Shown here piece after piece: positions 32,343 through 32,835 of a DNA stretch of 32,835 bases. Every line of letters begins with the position of its first letter. Within the stretch, counting starts at the first letter, position 1. The notes under the pieces are model-generated. The model did no database searches and was not told where the DNA came from. It saw nothing but the letters and a program-made list of their open reading frames with translations. A program made the translations under genes and the position numbers. Source of the DNA: Candidatus Nealsonbacteria bacterium (GTDB lineage: Bacteria > Patescibacteriota > Minisyncoccia > Minisyncoccales > MHMH01); NCBI GenBank assembly GCA_030700195.1, contig JAUYKD010000038.1:1-32835 (forward strand). The letters are read 5' to 3'.

Positions 32343-32480
32343 AAAGCGACCGTTTCCATCTAACTAGGCAAAATTTTCCTTCTCTTTGTAATAAAAAGGG
32401 AAACCGAACGTTTAACTCGTTCCGGCTTCCCCTTACTTCCAGAGATTCTAAAGAAATTTAGAGTTTATGGAAGTAAGAAA

Positions 32481-32540
32481 CCGGAGGCGCTTTCCGCTTA
32501 TAAATCTCTCTTCAGAGCGGGGAGCACCTCTGGCTTTTTT
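32481..32540 (+). terminator. Strong rho-independent terminator
   Basis: CCGGAGGCGCTTTCCGCT / AGCGGGGAGCACCTCTGG (18 positions, 1 mismatch, some GU), followed by CTTTTTTATTT. Confidence 0.65.
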
Positions 32541-32607
32541 ATTTGAATGAGGTTGGACTTCAATCAATTTGCTTAAAGGGTTTTAGTTAGATATAATAAA
32601 AACATTG

Positions 32608-32835
32608 ATGACTTCTAATATCAAGTTTTTGCGAAACAAAAACGCAGATAAAGATGAAGGGAAACTCCAAGGGAGGCAAACTTCATCGTTAGAACTAAGG
32701 CAGGAATTTTTGAAATTCTTTGAGAAAAAAGGACACAAAATAGTGCCTTCCAGTTCGCTTTTGCCGCAAGACCCTTCGGTTTTATTCACCACCGCCGGTA
32801 TGCAGCAGTTTAAAGAGTATTTCTTGGGTAAAAAG
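32608..32835 (+). CDS. alaS: Alanine--tRNA ligase, N-terminal fragment (continues past window)
   Basis: Hand translation ...[47 protein letters not shown] is the AlaS N-terminal signature. The frame is open to the window end. ATG 32608 is the first start after an in-frame TAG. Confidence 0.85.
   Translation, partial: MTSNIKFLRNKNADKDEGKLQGRQTSSLELRQEFLKFFEKKGHKIVPSSSLLPQDPSVLFTTAGMQQFKEYFLGKK

Noticed and set aside
32343-32607. T-box or other riboswitch leader upstream of alaS
   Set aside because: I could not find the conserved T-box sequence or a specifier-loop layout. The structures read more simply as two terminator-type hairpins ending the upstream orphan-ORF unit. I cannot exclude an unknown leader without a covariance-model search.

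Overview
AT-rich bacterial window. Its core (9.6-26.9 kb) is one co-directional str/S10/spc ribosomal supercluster: rpsL-rpsG-fusA-[small ORF]-tuf-rpsJ-rplC-rplD-rplW-rplB-rpsS-rplV-rpsC-rplP-rpmC-rpsQ-rplN-rplX-rplE-rpsN-rpsH-rplF-rplR-rpsE-rplO-secY-adk-map. rpsE is followed 3 nt later by rplO, so there is no L30 gene. Most genes lack Shine-Dalgarno sequences and several r-proteins carry Lys-rich extensions. Together this fits a Patescibacteria/CPR-like genome (inference only). The left flank holds a metal-handling cluster (P1B-ATPase, thioredoxin-fused membrane protein, ZIP transporter), an SDR, small accessory genes (DUF5679-like zinc ribbon, RHH antitoxin-like, NUDIX, tiny Cys4 ORF), a ComEC-type MBL protein, an adenylate-kinase paralog, tRNA-Pro(GGG), rpmB and an M50 protease. 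The right flank holds an orphan ORF, an IS200/RAYT-like Y1 transposase with flanking inverted hairpins, a small membrane protein, tpiA, a YkuK-like protein, mnmA, three orphan small ORFs with strong SD sites, and the start of alaS. The most unusual content is non-coding. (1) A family of stem-closed elements with termini ACCCCGTTA...TAACGGGGT fills stop-to-start gaps inside the r-protein operon and donates GTG start codons. (2) A bipartite hairpin element is present at 13 or more loci in both orientations, with compensatory stem variation. It sometimes overlaps stop codons, and in one case it encodes the C-terminus of L29. (3) Short duplications of gene ends (rpsL 5' end, rpsQ 3' end, map 3' end, a membrane-gene 5' end, a ComEC-like fragment) lie next to these repeats and the transposase. 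(4) Nested GC-rich palindromes are inserted in-frame in mnmA. No CRISPR array, rRNA gene or recognisable defence system was seen. All family assignments come from motif recognition by eye, not from database searches.
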